Made by a program: the position numbers and the translations under genes
Notes under the pieces: generated by a model
Databases searched by the model: none
The model's input: only the letters and a program-made list of their open reading frames with translations
Told to the model about the DNA's origin: nothing
IMG/VR virus record: IMGVR_UViG_3300006217_002156
DNA length: 64,000 nucleotides
Strand: one strand, 5' to 3'
Origin: an uncultured virus (IMG/VR IMGVR_UViG_3300006217_002156)
Lineage: Duplodnaviria > Heunggongvirae > Uroviricota > Caudoviricetes
In this document: piece after piece, positions 36,851 to 45,943 of the stretch
Layout of the letters: the number at the start of each line of letters is the position of its first letter
Numbering within the stretch: the first letter of the stretch is position 1

Positions 36851-37327
36851 TTGGACGAAAAAATTAACAGCATAAAGGCGGCTGCAGCCGCCGTGACCGG
36901 GCTGCTCACCGGACTGTGGGGCTGGCTGGGGTGGCTTACGGCGGGCTGGGTGGCCCTGATGGCGCTGGACTACCTCACCGGCTCCGCCGCCGCCTGCAAG
37001 GCCGGGGCCTGGTCCAGCGCCCACGCCCGAGAGGGCATTTGGCACAAGGCGGGGATGATCGTGGTGGTGATCGCGGCCGCCGGAGCGGATTTGCTGTTAG
37101 ACATTGTGCTCAACAGCCTGCCCATGATACAGCTGCCCATGGAATACCCCGGCCTGCTCTGCCCAATGGTGCTGGTGTGGTACATTGTCACTGAGCTGGG
37201 CTCCATTACAGAGAACGCCGTCCATATGGGAGCCCCCGTTCCCGCCTGGCTGGTCAAGCTGCTGGCGGTGAGCAAAGAGGCCGTGGACAAGGCAGGGGAG
37301 ATTCTGAGCGAGGAGGAGAAGCAATGA
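36851..37327 (+). CDS. Phage holin (holin_4_1/TcdE-like)
   Basis: M.LDY.TG, S....GI..K, E.GSI.EN...G.PVP..L. Confidence 0.9.
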   Translation: MDEKINSIKAAAAAVTGLLTGLWGWLGWLTAGWVALMALDYLTGSAAACKAGAWSSAHAREGIWHKAGMIVVVIAAAGADLLLDIVLNSLPMIQLPMEYPGLLCPMVLVWYIVTELGSITENAVHMGAPVPAWLVKLLAVSKEAVDKAGEILSEEEKQ

Positions 37328-38184
37328 GGCTGAAACAGCAGTATCTTACCCAAAACGACTGTTATAAGCGGGGCAGAACAATCCAGGTCAAGGGCGTGAT
37401 GGTCCATTCCACCGGGGCCAACAACCCAAACGTCAAGCGCTATGTCCCTGGCGACAGCATGATCGGGAAAAACACCAACAACAACCATTGGAACCGCCCA
37501 GGAGTGGAGAAGTGCGTCCACGCCTTTATCGGGAAGTTTGCGGACGGGAAAGTGGGCACTGTCCAGACCCTGCCATGGAATCTTCGGGGCTGGCACTGTG
37601 GCAAGGGGACAAGCGGAAAAAGCGCAAACGATACCCATATCAGCTTTGAGATTTGCGAGGACGGCCTGACTGACTCTACATACTTCAAGACTGTTTATCA
37701 GGAGGCGGTAGAGCTGACCGCTATGCTGTGCAAAAAATACGGGCTGGACCCGCTGAAGAACGGCGTTGTAATCTGCCACCAGGAGGGATACCGCCTGGGC
37801 GTGGCCTCCAACCACGGGGACGTGCTCCACTGGTTCCCCAAACACGGGAAAAGCATGGATGACTTCCGGGCAGATGTGGCCCGGGCGATGAAGGGAGAGG
37901 ATGACATGACAGAGGAACAGGTCAAGCAGATCGCCCAGGCCGTCTGCGCCCAACTGATGGAGCTGGACAGCTACCCCATGTTTATCCGAAATTTTGAAAA
38001 GTACCGCCAGGAGCTGGCGAAGCTGCCCGCGCCCCAGTGGGCGGTGGATAACGGGGAGTGGGACAGGTCCTGCCAGGCGGGGATTGTCGCCAGCCAGGAC
38101 CGCCCCCAGGACTTTGTCACCAGGGCTGAGGCGGCCGCCATGGCCCTGCGGGGCAGAGGGACTGGTGCGGTCCGGGAGACTTGA
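37324..38184 (+). CDS. Endolysin, N-acetylmuramoyl-L-alanine amidase (Amidase_2)
   Basis: MVHSTG, QTLPW..RGWHCG, SFEICED, ICH.EG, SNH.DV. Confidence 0.92.
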   Translation: MRLKQQYLTQNDCYKRGRTIQVKGVMVHSTGANNPNVKRYVPGDSMIGKNTNNNHWNRPGVEKCVHAFIGKFADGKVGTVQTLPWNLRGWHCGKGTSGKSANDTHISFEICEDGLTDSTYFKTVYQEAVELTAMLCKKYGLDPLKNGVVICHQEGYRLGVASNHGDVLHWFPKHGKSMDDFRADVARAMKGEDDMTEEQVKQIAQAVCAQLMELDSYPMFIRNFEKYRQELAKLPAPQWAVDNGEWDRSCQAGIVASQDRPQDFVTRAEAAAMALRGRGTGAVRET

Positions 38185-38201
38185 AGCAGGGAGGCCGGGG
38201 A

Positions 38202-38723
38202 TTATTCCCCGGCCTCTTCCTCTACGTATTCCATGATGTCGCCGGGCTGGCAGCTGAGGATTTGACATAACCGCATGATTGTTGACGTGTTCACATCACT
38301 GTTTTTTACAAGGCGGTCAACAATGGTTGGAGATATCCCCATTTTGCGAAGGTCAAACTTCTTTACCCCTCTTTCTGCCATTAGGGAGAAAAGCTTGTAG
38401 TACCGAATTCCGGGCCCTGGTGTTCGCTTGATAATTGTTTCCCGTTCTACACGCTTGCTGTTTTCAGATTGGGTAATCCATCGGCAATTATCTGGGCTAT
38501 ACGGCCCCTTTGCGTCAATACGGTCGATGGTCAGATGTTCTTCATAGCCATTATTTAAGGCCCATTCCATAAACGAAGTAAGCCCGTGTTCTCCCATCCA
38601 TTCATCACAAATGGCAATCCCTTTTGCGCCGTAGAATCGGTATGCGTCACAGTTCGAATTATAACAACGTTGTTTCATGCCAGAAAAGATTGCGTATAGG
38701 CGTGTTTTACTAATGCTATCCAT
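38202..38723 (-). CDS. HNH-like domain fused to HTH_26
   Basis: MKQRC.N...YG..GI..C.EW...TIDRID..G.YSP.NCRW plus CQPGDIMEY. Confidence 0.75.
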   Translation of the reverse strand: MDSISKTRLYAIFSGMKQRCYNSNCDAYRFYGAKGIAICDEWMGEHGLTSFMEWALNNGYEEHLTIDRIDAKGPYSPDNCRWITQSENSKRVERETIIKRTPGPGIRYYKLFSLMAERGVKKFDLRKMGISPTIVDRLVKNSDVNTSTIMRLCQILSCQPGDIMEYVEEEAGE

Positions 38724-38938
38724 TAAACTACCTCCCCTGTGTCGTTTATCGTGAACGACGCAGTATAGGTGCAGTCTAACGCCACTGCTATTGCTTGTAA
38801 ATCCTTTTCGGTAAAATTGTCACGTTTCATTTTGTTGTTGAGATTTTGCGGACTAATCCCCAGACGGCGCGCAAGTTCTGCCTCCGAGATGTTGCCCCGC
38901 TTAACAAGAAGAATTCTAATCCGTTCGCTTAGTGCCAT
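38723..38938 (-). CDS. XRE HTH regulator
   Basis: SEAELARRLG.SPQNLNNK.KR.NF...DL..IA. Confidence 0.85.
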   Translation of the reverse strand: MALSERIRILLVKRGNISEAELARRLGISPQNLNNKMKRDNFTEKDLQAIAVALDCTYTASFTINDTGEVV

Positions 38939-39150
38939 TTCACTACACTCCTTTCGTTGATAGCACAATTATACATTATATAATTTATATTGTCAATAAT
39001 AAAGACGATAAAATAAAAATATTTTCGAAAATATCATCAAAATAGTATTGACAGCATCAACTTTATAGTGTACAATAATAATTGTCAAGGGGAACCCCCC
39101 AAGACAATAAAAAGCCCCGGCTGGCGGGCCAGGGCAGAAAGGAGGCCGAT

Positions 39151-39240
39151 ATGAAGTACATCCACGGCACCTGGTACTACCAGGGACGGGCTTACGAAAG
39201 CCTGAACGCCGCGCTCAAGGCGGCATGGGCTAACAAGTAA
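39151..39240 (+). CDS. 29-aa peptide MKYIHGTWYYQGRAYESLNAALKAAWANK
   Basis: AAAGGAGG RBS; TTGACA..TACAAT promoter; homolog of 22170-22256. Confidence 0.7.
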   Translation: MKYIHGTWYYQGRAYESLNAALKAAWANK

Positions 39241-39437
39241 GGCCCACGGGGCCGGGGAAACCCGGCCCCACAAAAAACCAGCCTCCACAGGAAGTATAGC
39301 ACAGAGAAAGCGGGAACGCAAGGAAAACCGGGATGCGGCCCCTCTGAATCAGCCGGGATAACGGCGGGCTCTGCGCTATCTCGGCATTTCGATTGCCGCC
39401 TTTTTCGGGTATAATTTTGTCGAAAGGGGGCGGCAGC

Positions 39438-39776
39438 TTGGGAATTCAGAATAACATTGCGGCAATACTACGGGCGAAGAAGAAGAACGACGGGAGGAGC
39501 CTGGCAGAGTGGTCGGCAGAGCTGGGGGTTGCGTGCTCCACCCTCCAAGAGTATATGAAGGGGGAGGGGAACCCCACCGTTATTATGGTGGAGCACCTGG
39601 CAGAGAAGATGGGCATTTCGCCGGTGGCTCTGGTGGCGGGCGACATGGAGCCGGAACAGTATGAGACGGCCCTGCTTATGCTGGACACCATTCAGGCGGT
39701 GTCCGTTCTGCCTCAGCCCAAGCGGGTCCGGTTTGCAGAGCTGTTTTTAGAGCTGATGCTGCTGTGGGAGGAGTGA
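39438..39776 (+). CDS. HTH protein (probably host)
   Basis: ELGV..STLQ.Y..G.GNPT. Confidence 0.75.
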   Translation: MGIQNNIAAILRAKKKNDGRSLAEWSAELGVACSTLQEYMKGEGNPTVIMVEHLAEKMGISPVALVAGDMEPEQYETALLMLDTIQAVSVLPQPKRVRFAELFLELMLLWEE

Positions 39777-39781
39777 AGGAA

Positions 39782-40114
39782 ATGACGAGGGTTTACGATC
39801 TGCTGTATCGGCTGGGGGTGACGGCGAATTACACAGGCTTTTTCCATATGGCCTGCGCGGTATCGCTGTGCGCCCAACAGCCGGACCGGCTGCTGCTGGT
39901 GACGAAGTGGCTGTATCCGGAGGTGGCAAAGCAGTATGGGACAAATTGGAAGGCGGTGGAACAGAATATCCGGAGGGTGGGCTGTATCATATGGCAGACG
40001 AACCGGCCCGGGCTGGAGGAGCTGGCGCACAGACGTCTGGAGCAGAGGCCGTGCTCCGCCCAACTGCTGGCGATTTTGGCCTCCTCGCTGGATGCCGGTT
40101 CTCTGGCGGTTTAG
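39782..40114 (+). CDS. Standalone Spo0A C-terminal DNA-binding domain protein
   Basis: LG..ANY.GF, TKWLYPEVAK.Y.T...AVE.NIR. Confidence 0.85.
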   Translation: MTRVYDLLYRLGVTANYTGFFHMACAVSLCAQQPDRLLLVTKWLYPEVAKQYGTNWKAVEQNIRRVGCIIWQTNRPGLEELAHRRLEQRPCSAQLLAILASSLDAGSLAV

Positions 40115-40158
40115 GGAATAGGAGGCCGGGCGGGAGAAGGGCTCCCGCCCGGCAAGGC

Positions 40159-40497
40159 TCAGGTATCCCCAGCGAATAGAGCGGTCAGCTCCCGGAGCAG
40201 TTGAATGACTTGCTGCCGTTGTTCCGGGGGCAGGCTGGACAACGCTTCAGCCGCTTTGAGGATGGTCTCCACCGGCTCCGGTAGGGGAGCCGGACAGGAG
40301 ACGATTTCAGTGATGGGGACGTTCATTTTTTCCGCGAGCATCTCAAGCGTGTCCGCCCGCGGATTAGAGACGCCTTTTAAATAGCACTGCGTGGAGGACA
40401 TGGGAATCTCTAATCGGGTGGACAGGGCTTGCATGGACAGGTTGTTTTCAGCTTTAAACCGCTGCATAACGCGGGATACACTTTCACAGATGGACAT
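40159..40497 (-). CDS. HTH protein (probably host)
   Basis: RLEIP.SS.Q.YLKG.SNPRADTLE.LA. Confidence 0.75.
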   Translation of the reverse strand: MSICESVSRVMQRFKAENNLSMQALSTRLEIPMSSTQCYLKGVSNPRADTLEMLAEKMNVPITEIVSCPAPLPEPVETILKAAEALSSLPPEQRQQVIQLLRELTALFAGDT

Positions 40498-40707
40498 GAT
40501 AATCTCCTCTCTTTTTCTTGGATTATCGTGTCTACCGGGAGGCCCGCGGCATCGTGCCGGAGGGGCTATTTTGATGGCGAAGTGTGCCCCGAGGTGTGCC
40601 CCGAATACACCCCAAGGTACCCCGAAATGCCAGCATACACAGCTGACATTTGCAATGCTTTCAGAAAGAGAAAAAGCCCCAGAGCCTTGCGGCTCTAGGG
40701 CTTTCCC

Positions 40708-40754
40708 TGGTGGAGACAACAGAACTCGAATCTGTGACCTCTCGCGTGTGAGGC
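40708..40754 (-). tRNA. 3' half of tRNA-Val(CAC): att core of prophage 2
   Basis: gcctCACacgcgagaggtcacagaTTCGAgttctgttgtctccaCCA; 5' half absent; ~520 bp beyond the integrase stop. Confidence 0.8.
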
Positions 40755-40948
40755 CTACCCTAAAAAAGCCGCTTTTTCTTATGCTGCAAGGGGATAACAA
40801 ATATCTCATATCTATTTTGCCCCCAATTTTGCCCCGAACCCTTAAAGTGGTCAGTTGACTTAAATACATTATCGCACATTTCGACAAAAGTTGCAAGGTG
40901 AATCTGGACAGCTGAGGGATATCCTCAGCAATTTTTTTGAAAAACCTC

Positions 40949-40991
40949 TTGACTTTTCTGTGTACACGTAATATAATTAACGTGTACACAG
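40949..40991 (+). promoter_or_regulatory. Sigma70 promoter with inverted-repeat operator
   Basis: TTGACT-17-TATAAT; ctgtgtacacg/cgtgtacacag. Confidence 0.75.
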
Positions 40992-41006
40992 GAAGGAGGC
41001 GAGAAG

Positions 41007-41186
41007 GTGAGACCAAGGATTGGGCGTCCACCCGTAGAAAACCCCAAAAACATCCAGCTTAAAATTCGTGCTGATGAAAAATTAATGGCGGATTTGGATT
41101 TTTGCTGCGAGGCGTTAAGCAAAACACGAAGCGATATTATCCGTTTGGGGATTCAAAAGGTAAAAGCGGAAGTGGACGAAAAATAA
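41007..41186 (+). CDS. Ribbon-helix-helix regulator
   Basis: RPRIGRPPVENPK....IR.DE....LD.C....TRSDIIR.GI. Confidence 0.75.
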   Translation: MRPRIGRPPVENPKNIQLKIRADEKLMADLDFCCEALSKTRSDIIRLGIQKVKAEVDEK

Positions 41187-41273
41187 GAGTAGCCCGTCAC
41201 CCTGAACAAGTCCCGGACTACTCCAATCACCACCCGAAGGAGGCTAAATCTATTGGCGGAAAACGCTTAAATC

Positions 41274-42413
41274 CTAAAGCATAAATGCCTTTTCCACGTG
41301 GTCGATCAATTGCTCAGGTTTGTTATCGACCACGTGGCTATATACATTTAACGTCATCTTTATGTCTGAATGACCTGCCAAATATTGGATTTTTTTGATG
41401 TCGCATCCCGAAGCACATAAACGGCTTATATAACTATGGCGTAGCAGATGGGGTGTGACCTTAAAATCCAGCGTCCGCTCAATCTTGGGGCCACGGGGCT
41501 GCCTCTGGACCTCCTGATCCAGAGCGACCACATTGGAAGCCCGTCGCCGCTCCACGATCTTCATTAGGTTTTTTACGGTTTGCGGCGTAGCGTTTCCGCC
41601 ATTAGCGGAAGGAACCACAAAGACGCTCTTGGTCTGCTTCTTCTCCTCAGCCAGGGCTGCAGCCAAAACAGCCGGCAACGGGATAGTCCGGTGGGCGGCC
41701 TTTGTCTTAAGCGGGGAAGGAAATACACCTTTGGTTCCCTCGAAGCGGACGGCATTGTTTACCGTCAGGTGGGGAGGAGTGGCCGTGAGGTCCACGTCCA
41801 CCCAGCGCAAGCCGCAGATTTCCTCCCGGCGCAGACCGGTGTACAGGCCCAGCATGATAAACAGGTAGGCCCTAGTGCCCTTGGTAGCCTCCAGGAGGGC
41901 TTTGCATTGCTCTGGTGTGAGGGGCGTTTTTTCCTTGCTCCTCTCCCCAGCTGCTTTCAGCTTGCCACAGGGAGACCGGAAAATCAATCCATTCTCAACT
42001 GCACAATCAAAAATAGATTTCAGGGTGATTACCGTTTTGGACTGCATGGAGTTGGACAGGTGAGCCATCTTGGAGAGCACCATCTGGCAGTGCTCCGGCT
42101 TGACCTCCTTCACCAGCATCCCGCCAATATAGGGGCAGATGTGGACGTTGATTGCGTTGACGTAGTCCGATCTCCGGGAGTAGGACCACTTGTCCTTGCG
42201 GTTGTTGTACCACTGGGTGGCCAGCTCAGCTACGGTGGTCTTGTCGTCCAGGACAATACCCATCCGCTGGGCGGTCTCCAGGTCGTACAGTTTCTTCCGC
42301 AACTCCTCCTTGCTCCTGGCACGGACATCCTTCCAGGTTCCGTCCCGGAGCTTGAGACGCTTACGGTAGTAACCCGTCTTGGGGTCGAAGTAAAATTCCG
42401 GCCGCTTTGCCAT
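41274..42413 (-). CDS. int: Tyrosine integrase
   Basis: TGLRREE, HLLRH, LAGHSDI.MTL.VY. Confidence 0.95.
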   Translation of the reverse strand: MAKRPEFYFDPKTGYYRKRLKLRDGTWKDVRARSKEELRKKLYDLETAQRMGIVLDDKTTVAELATQWYNNRKDKWSYSRRSDYVNAINVHICPYIGGMLVKEVKPEHCQMVLSKMAHLSNSMQSKTVITLKSIFDCAVENGLIFRSPCGKLKAAGERSKEKTPLTPEQCKALLEATKGTRAYLFIMLGLYTGLRREEICGLRWVDVDLTATPPHLTVNNAVRFEGTKGVFPSPLKTKAAHRTIPLPAVLAAALAEEKKQTKSVFVVPSANGGNATPQTVKNLMKIVERRRASNVVALDQEVQRQPRGPKIERTLDFKVTPHLLRHSYISRLCASGCDIKKIQYLAGHSDIKMTLNVYSHVVDNKPEQLIDHVEKAFML

Positions 42414-42627
42414 TGCTTTTTCTCCTTTCTCTTCTTTGGCAAGCCGACGTTCTCTATCTCGCGGCCTTTATCGCACCCAGAGGGGCGGTTCTTGTTGCAT
42501 TTTCTTAAATACTGTGTTATCCTGATATCAGGAAAGAATTATCTTTCAGCGCTGCCGAACAGCAGCGGTCAGCCCTCGACGGAGGGCGGCTCCTTGCCCT
42601 CTGATCTTCGGAAAGGGGGGCTGCCTG

Positions 42628-42708
42628 ATGAGTACATCCGAAGTGTTACAGCTTTGTTTGGTTATCATTGGTATTTGCGGCCTGTTTATTCAGGGCAAAA
42701 AGAAGTGA
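42628..42708 (+). CDS. Holin-like type I toxin MSTSEVLQLCLVIIGICGLFIQGKKK
   Basis: Hydrophobic 26-mer plus KKK; convergent antisense promoter. Confidence 0.8.
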   Translation: MSTSEVLQLCLVIIGICGLFIQGKKK

Positions 42709-42998
42709 CCGCCGGCACCCTGACAAGTACGGCGATCACCTTCGCTAATCTTTAAGGGCTGACCGTGTTCCGGCAACGCCCTTTCTATGTTTAGTATAAC
42801 CGCCCGATATTAATTTGTCAAGTACCGCTCCCAGTGCTCCAACACCGGGGGCGGTTTTTATTGCGTATTGTCGATAACTGTGGTATGATGCTGGCAGGAA
42901 AGAATTGTCTTTCAGCGCTGCCAGTAACGGTAGGCGGTTGGCCCTCCTGACAGGGGGCAGCTTCTTGCCCTCTGATCTTCGGAAAGGGGGGCTGCCCA

Positions 42999-43085
42999 AT
43001 GGTCACATACAGTGAACTGTTTCAGTACACACTTGTCATCATCGGCATTATCGGCCTCTTTATTGCGGCCAATAAAAAGAAGTAA
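42999..43085 (+). CDS. Holin-like type I toxin MVTYSELFQYTLVIIGIIGLFIAANKKK
   Basis: Hydrophobic 28-mer plus KKK; same context as 42628-42708. Confidence 0.8.
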   Translation: MVTYSELFQYTLVIIGIIGLFIAANKKK

Positions 43086-43259
43086 CCGCCCCTGGCTCCA
43101 ACCGTGGCGGTTACTTCTCGTAACTAGCTAAGAGGGGCCAACCGCTTACCGGCAGCGCCCTTTCTATGTTTAGTATAACCGCCCGATATTAATTTGTCAA
43201 GTACCGCCCCGCCGCTGGCCGGGGCGGTTTTCGATTCAGTGTCCAAGTTAGACACATTT

Positions 43260-44135
43260 TTACACCGAAAATTCCACTTTTTTTACTTTGCCTAATACCC
43301 GAATATTTGTGACTTTTGTATTGTAAATTTGCGGCTTGTGCGAGGGATTGGTAGATTGCGGCAGAAGGGTAACTGTATCCCCGGAAGAATAGAAACGTTT
43401 AACGGTGGCATCATTCTCCCCTACCATAACTACAGCTACTTCGCCATTCTCCACCTCTTCCTGGCGGCGTACGATAATAATATAACCGTCATTTATTCCA
43501 ATGGCGTTCATGCTGTCTCCATGTACTCTAAGGGCGAAGTATTCCGCCCCGCCGTTCAGATCAGTAAGCGTATAGCCCTCAATGTGCTCCTCAGCGTACA
43601 AGGGCAGACCCGCAGAGATGCGGCCCAAAATGGGAATCTGGTGCCATGTCGGGGGGTCAATAGAAATTACGTTGGATGGGAGTAACTGAGGCTTATGGGT
43701 ATCCCGTTCCATAGGGACATCATATCCCATAAGCCAAGCCTCATTTACATCAAGGGCTTGAGCAATCAAAGTTGTTCGATCCTGTTTAGGAGTAAACGCA
43801 CCGCTACAATATTGACTCATCGCACTTTTAGGGATTCCCGTTTTTTCGCATAAGTCCTTTTGATTCATGCCACGAATGGCCAGTCCCTGGCGGATTCTCA
43901 GTGCACAACTTACCTTTTCACCTGCAGGGGTAGGCATTTCCCAACCCATAAGGGCTTGAGGAGTGGTCTGTAAAATCTTTGCGATAGGCGCTAATCTATC
44001 GCCAGGAACTTTTTCAATATCCCCATTTTCATATCTGTAGATTGTGGCAGGAGATACCCCGAGTTTTTCGGCTACATACTCGGCAGAAACACCAATTTCC
44101 TTTCGCCTTACTTTTATACGCTGACCAGTTGTCAT
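43260..44135 (-). CDS. CI/LexA-like repressor with two HTH domains and S24 peptidase
   Basis: Two XRE HTHs; ISAG cleavage site, GDSM, ATVKRF. Confidence 0.9.
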   Translation of the reverse strand: MTTGQRIKVRRKEIGVSAEYVAEKLGVSPATIYRYENGDIEKVPGDRLAPIAKILQTTPQALMGWEMPTPAGEKVSCALRIRQGLAIRGMNQKDLCEKTGIPKSAMSQYCSGAFTPKQDRTTLIAQALDVNEAWLMGYDVPMERDTHKPQLLPSNVISIDPPTWHQIPILGRISAGLPLYAEEHIEGYTLTDLNGGAEYFALRVHGDSMNAIGINDGYIIIVRRQEEVENGEVAVVMVGENDATVKRFYSSGDTVTLLPQSTNPSHKPQIYNTKVTNIRVLGKVKKVEFSV

Positions 44136-44173
44136 GGATATGCCTCCTCTCACTTGTAACTATACATGATTTC

Positions 44174-44290
44174 GTGCAAAAATGCAAGAGGAAAAATAGA
44201 CAACAATAAAAAGTTTTTGCAACAATGCAATTTAGGGTTGACTTGCAATAATGCGTGTGCTATTATAATGGCGTACTCGCATTATTGCAA
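44174..44290. promoter_or_regulatory. Genetic switch region with four TGCAAnAATGC operators
   Basis: Copies at ~44174, 44217, 44243 and inverted at 44278; TTGACT...TATTAT promoter. Confidence 0.7.
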
Positions 44291-44310
44291 AGACGGGAGG
44301 TGGATGTAGC

Positions 44311-44427
44311 TTGAGTACAAACATGGATATTCTTCGGGGAAAGATGGCTGAAAAAAAGGTGAGTGCAGAGGACATGGCAAAGGCTATGGGAATCAATGCT
44401 AGTACCTTTTACCGCAAGATGAAATAA
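44311..44427 (+). pseudogene. Truncated Cro-like gene (38 aa)
   Basis: LRGKMAEKKVS.EDMAKAMGINASTFYRKMK* stops at the end of the HTH. Confidence 0.6.
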
Positions 44428-44612
44428 GAGCTTGCTGATATAGGTTGTATATTTCAAATGTGAATATTGCTTAGGGTTTGTTCCAAACTTACTGTACAAA
44501 TTATTTAGCAAAACACACTCCCAATATGGGTATTGCCTAATTATAAAACTACCGTCAAATTTTTCGTTATGAAATCAATGAAAAGACACACAGAATACGG
44601 GTATTTTGAAAT

Positions 44613-44978
44613 TTATTCTTCATCAGGCAGGCCAAAAGCCTTTTTATAACCATCCAGAGAATCAATAAATACTTTGATAGCATCAAGTTCAGGTTCAGAC
44701 ATTTTCTCAATCTCAGCAATCAGTCGCTTTTTGGTGGGAGACAGGTCAGGAGCATCGGCCCTTGAAACATAGCAATCTCCCTCCCCAGTCAGCACCCATT
44801 GGGCAGAGTATCCATATGCTTGTTCAATCAGTAAGGCGAGCGCTTCAGAAATGTTACAGCGCTTGCCTTTTAGCATATTTGATACATAGCTTTCAGTGAC
44901 CTTGATTGCACTGGCTAAATCTTTCTGCTTGATATGCTGCTCATCAAGAATAAGACGAATCCTATCTTTTAGTTCCAT
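44613..44978 (-). CDS. XRE HTH repressor, copy A
   Basis: Near-identical to 46944-47315. Confidence 0.85.
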   Translation of the reverse strand: MELKDRIRLILDEQHIKQKDLASAIKVTESYVSNMLKGKRCNISEALALLIEQAYGYSAQWVLTGEGDCYVSRADAPDLSPTKKRLIAEIEKMSEPELDAIKVFIDSLDGYKKAFGLPDEE

Positions 44979-45092
44979 ATTATCACCTCGCGGACAGCAT
45001 AACACAAAAACTTTTCCAAGTCAAGAAAAAAGGTATTGACAGCTTATCTAAGAAATGCTATGCTTATCCCAGAAAAGAAAGGAGGGCTAAAA

Positions 45093-45260
45093 ATGCTGGG
45101 CGAGAAAACTGTGAAAATCATCGAAGCAGTAAGAAACATGACAGACCACGAAGCAGACATTCTCGAAGTGTTTATTTCTGGATTCCGAGCAGGAAAGCAG
45201 GTATCAGGTCAGGAGACTGGAAATGAGACTGTATTCTCACGCGTGGCACGAGCCGGATGA
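45093..45260 (+). CDS. Small divergent protein, copy A
   Basis: Near-identical to 47430-47597. Confidence 0.7.
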   Translation: MLGEKTVKIIEAVRNMTDHEADILEVFISGFRAGKQVSGQETGNETVFSRVARAG

Positions 45261-45461
45261 ACGCAATCCGGCATTTTGACGAAGGGTAAGAGGGTATAGG
45301 CATTTATCAACACGGAGGGTAAAAGGGATAACAAAGATGGAAAGGGGGTGAGGGGATGCGCATCATTATTGAGGCCGAGCCGAAAGATATCGCCGCCCTT
45401 GTATTGGCGGTACAAGAGCGGCAGGCAGAACAGTCCGACCCGTTTTCAGGGCTTTTAGCGG

Positions 45462-45617
45462 TTAGTCATCCGGAAGTTTCTTGACTGCATTATAGAATGC
45501 TGCAAGGATTTGGTCAATATTCTCTGGCGTTATCGGTTTGGTGGTTCCAGTGGAGTAAATTCCGTTTAAATACTCACCAGCAAGCTTTATGGCCAGTTCC
45601 TTGTTGCTCTTAGGCAT
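45462..45617 (-). CDS. Small moron protein (MPKSNKELAIKLA...)
   Basis: Downstream of the element Y promoter. Confidence 0.55.
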   Translation of the reverse strand: MPKSNKELAIKLAGEYLNGIYSTGTTKPITPENIDQILAAFYNAVKKLPDD

Positions 45618-45626
45618 AATTCCGCC

Positions 45627-45696
45627 CCATTCTACCACAGGCGGCGGGAGGGGGCAAGAAAAGCCACCCGGAGGGGCGGAGGAGGAAAGGAGGTGA
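45627..45696. promoter_or_regulatory. Conserved element Y, copy 2
   Basis: Near-identical to 1217-1287. Confidence 0.75.
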
Positions 45697-45899
45697 AAAA
45701 GATGTTTATACCGATGACCATGAGCCCGGAGGAATCGACCGCGGAAATCGACCGCGGAAAGGTTGATCTCTCCGTGGTCAGTGAAATCGAGAAGATTCTT
45801 TGTCGTGAAAAATTGACACCGCTGCAAGCACAGGCAGTACTTACAGCGGCATGGGATTGGATTACTCGCCATGGGCGTATCACTAGTTGGGAGGAATAA
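45693..45899 (+). CDS. Hypothetical protein
   Basis: RBS supplied by element Y. Confidence 0.55.
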   Translation: MKKMFIPMTMSPEESTAEIDRGKVDLSVVSEIEKILCREKLTPLQAQAVLTAAWDWITRHGRITSWEE

Positions 45900-45943
45900 C
45901 ACCCATTTTCTCAGAAACGGACAGCAAAAACCCCTGTTTTAAG

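Larger units (their letters stand above)
1..39300 (+). mobile_element. Prophage 1 (myovirus-type, DUF1073 portal/DUF2184 capsid); left end outside window, right end approximate
   Basis: Ordered regulatory, replication, packaging, head, sheath/tube, baseplate and lysis modules. Confidence 0.9.
42483..43230. repeat. Tandem duplication (~370 bp unit) of a type I TA module
   Basis: Identical 48-mer at 42781-42828 and 43160-43207 (minus-strand TTGACA-17-TATACT); similar leaders. Confidence 0.85.

Noticed and set aside
40708..40754. Functional tRNA gene
   Set aside because: Only the anticodon loop to CCA is present; the D-arm and 5' acceptor strand are missing
40159..41031. 290-aa ORF from the track
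   Set aside because: The N-terminal part runs through the att/tRNA fragment; the real gene probably starts at 40497 after an RBS
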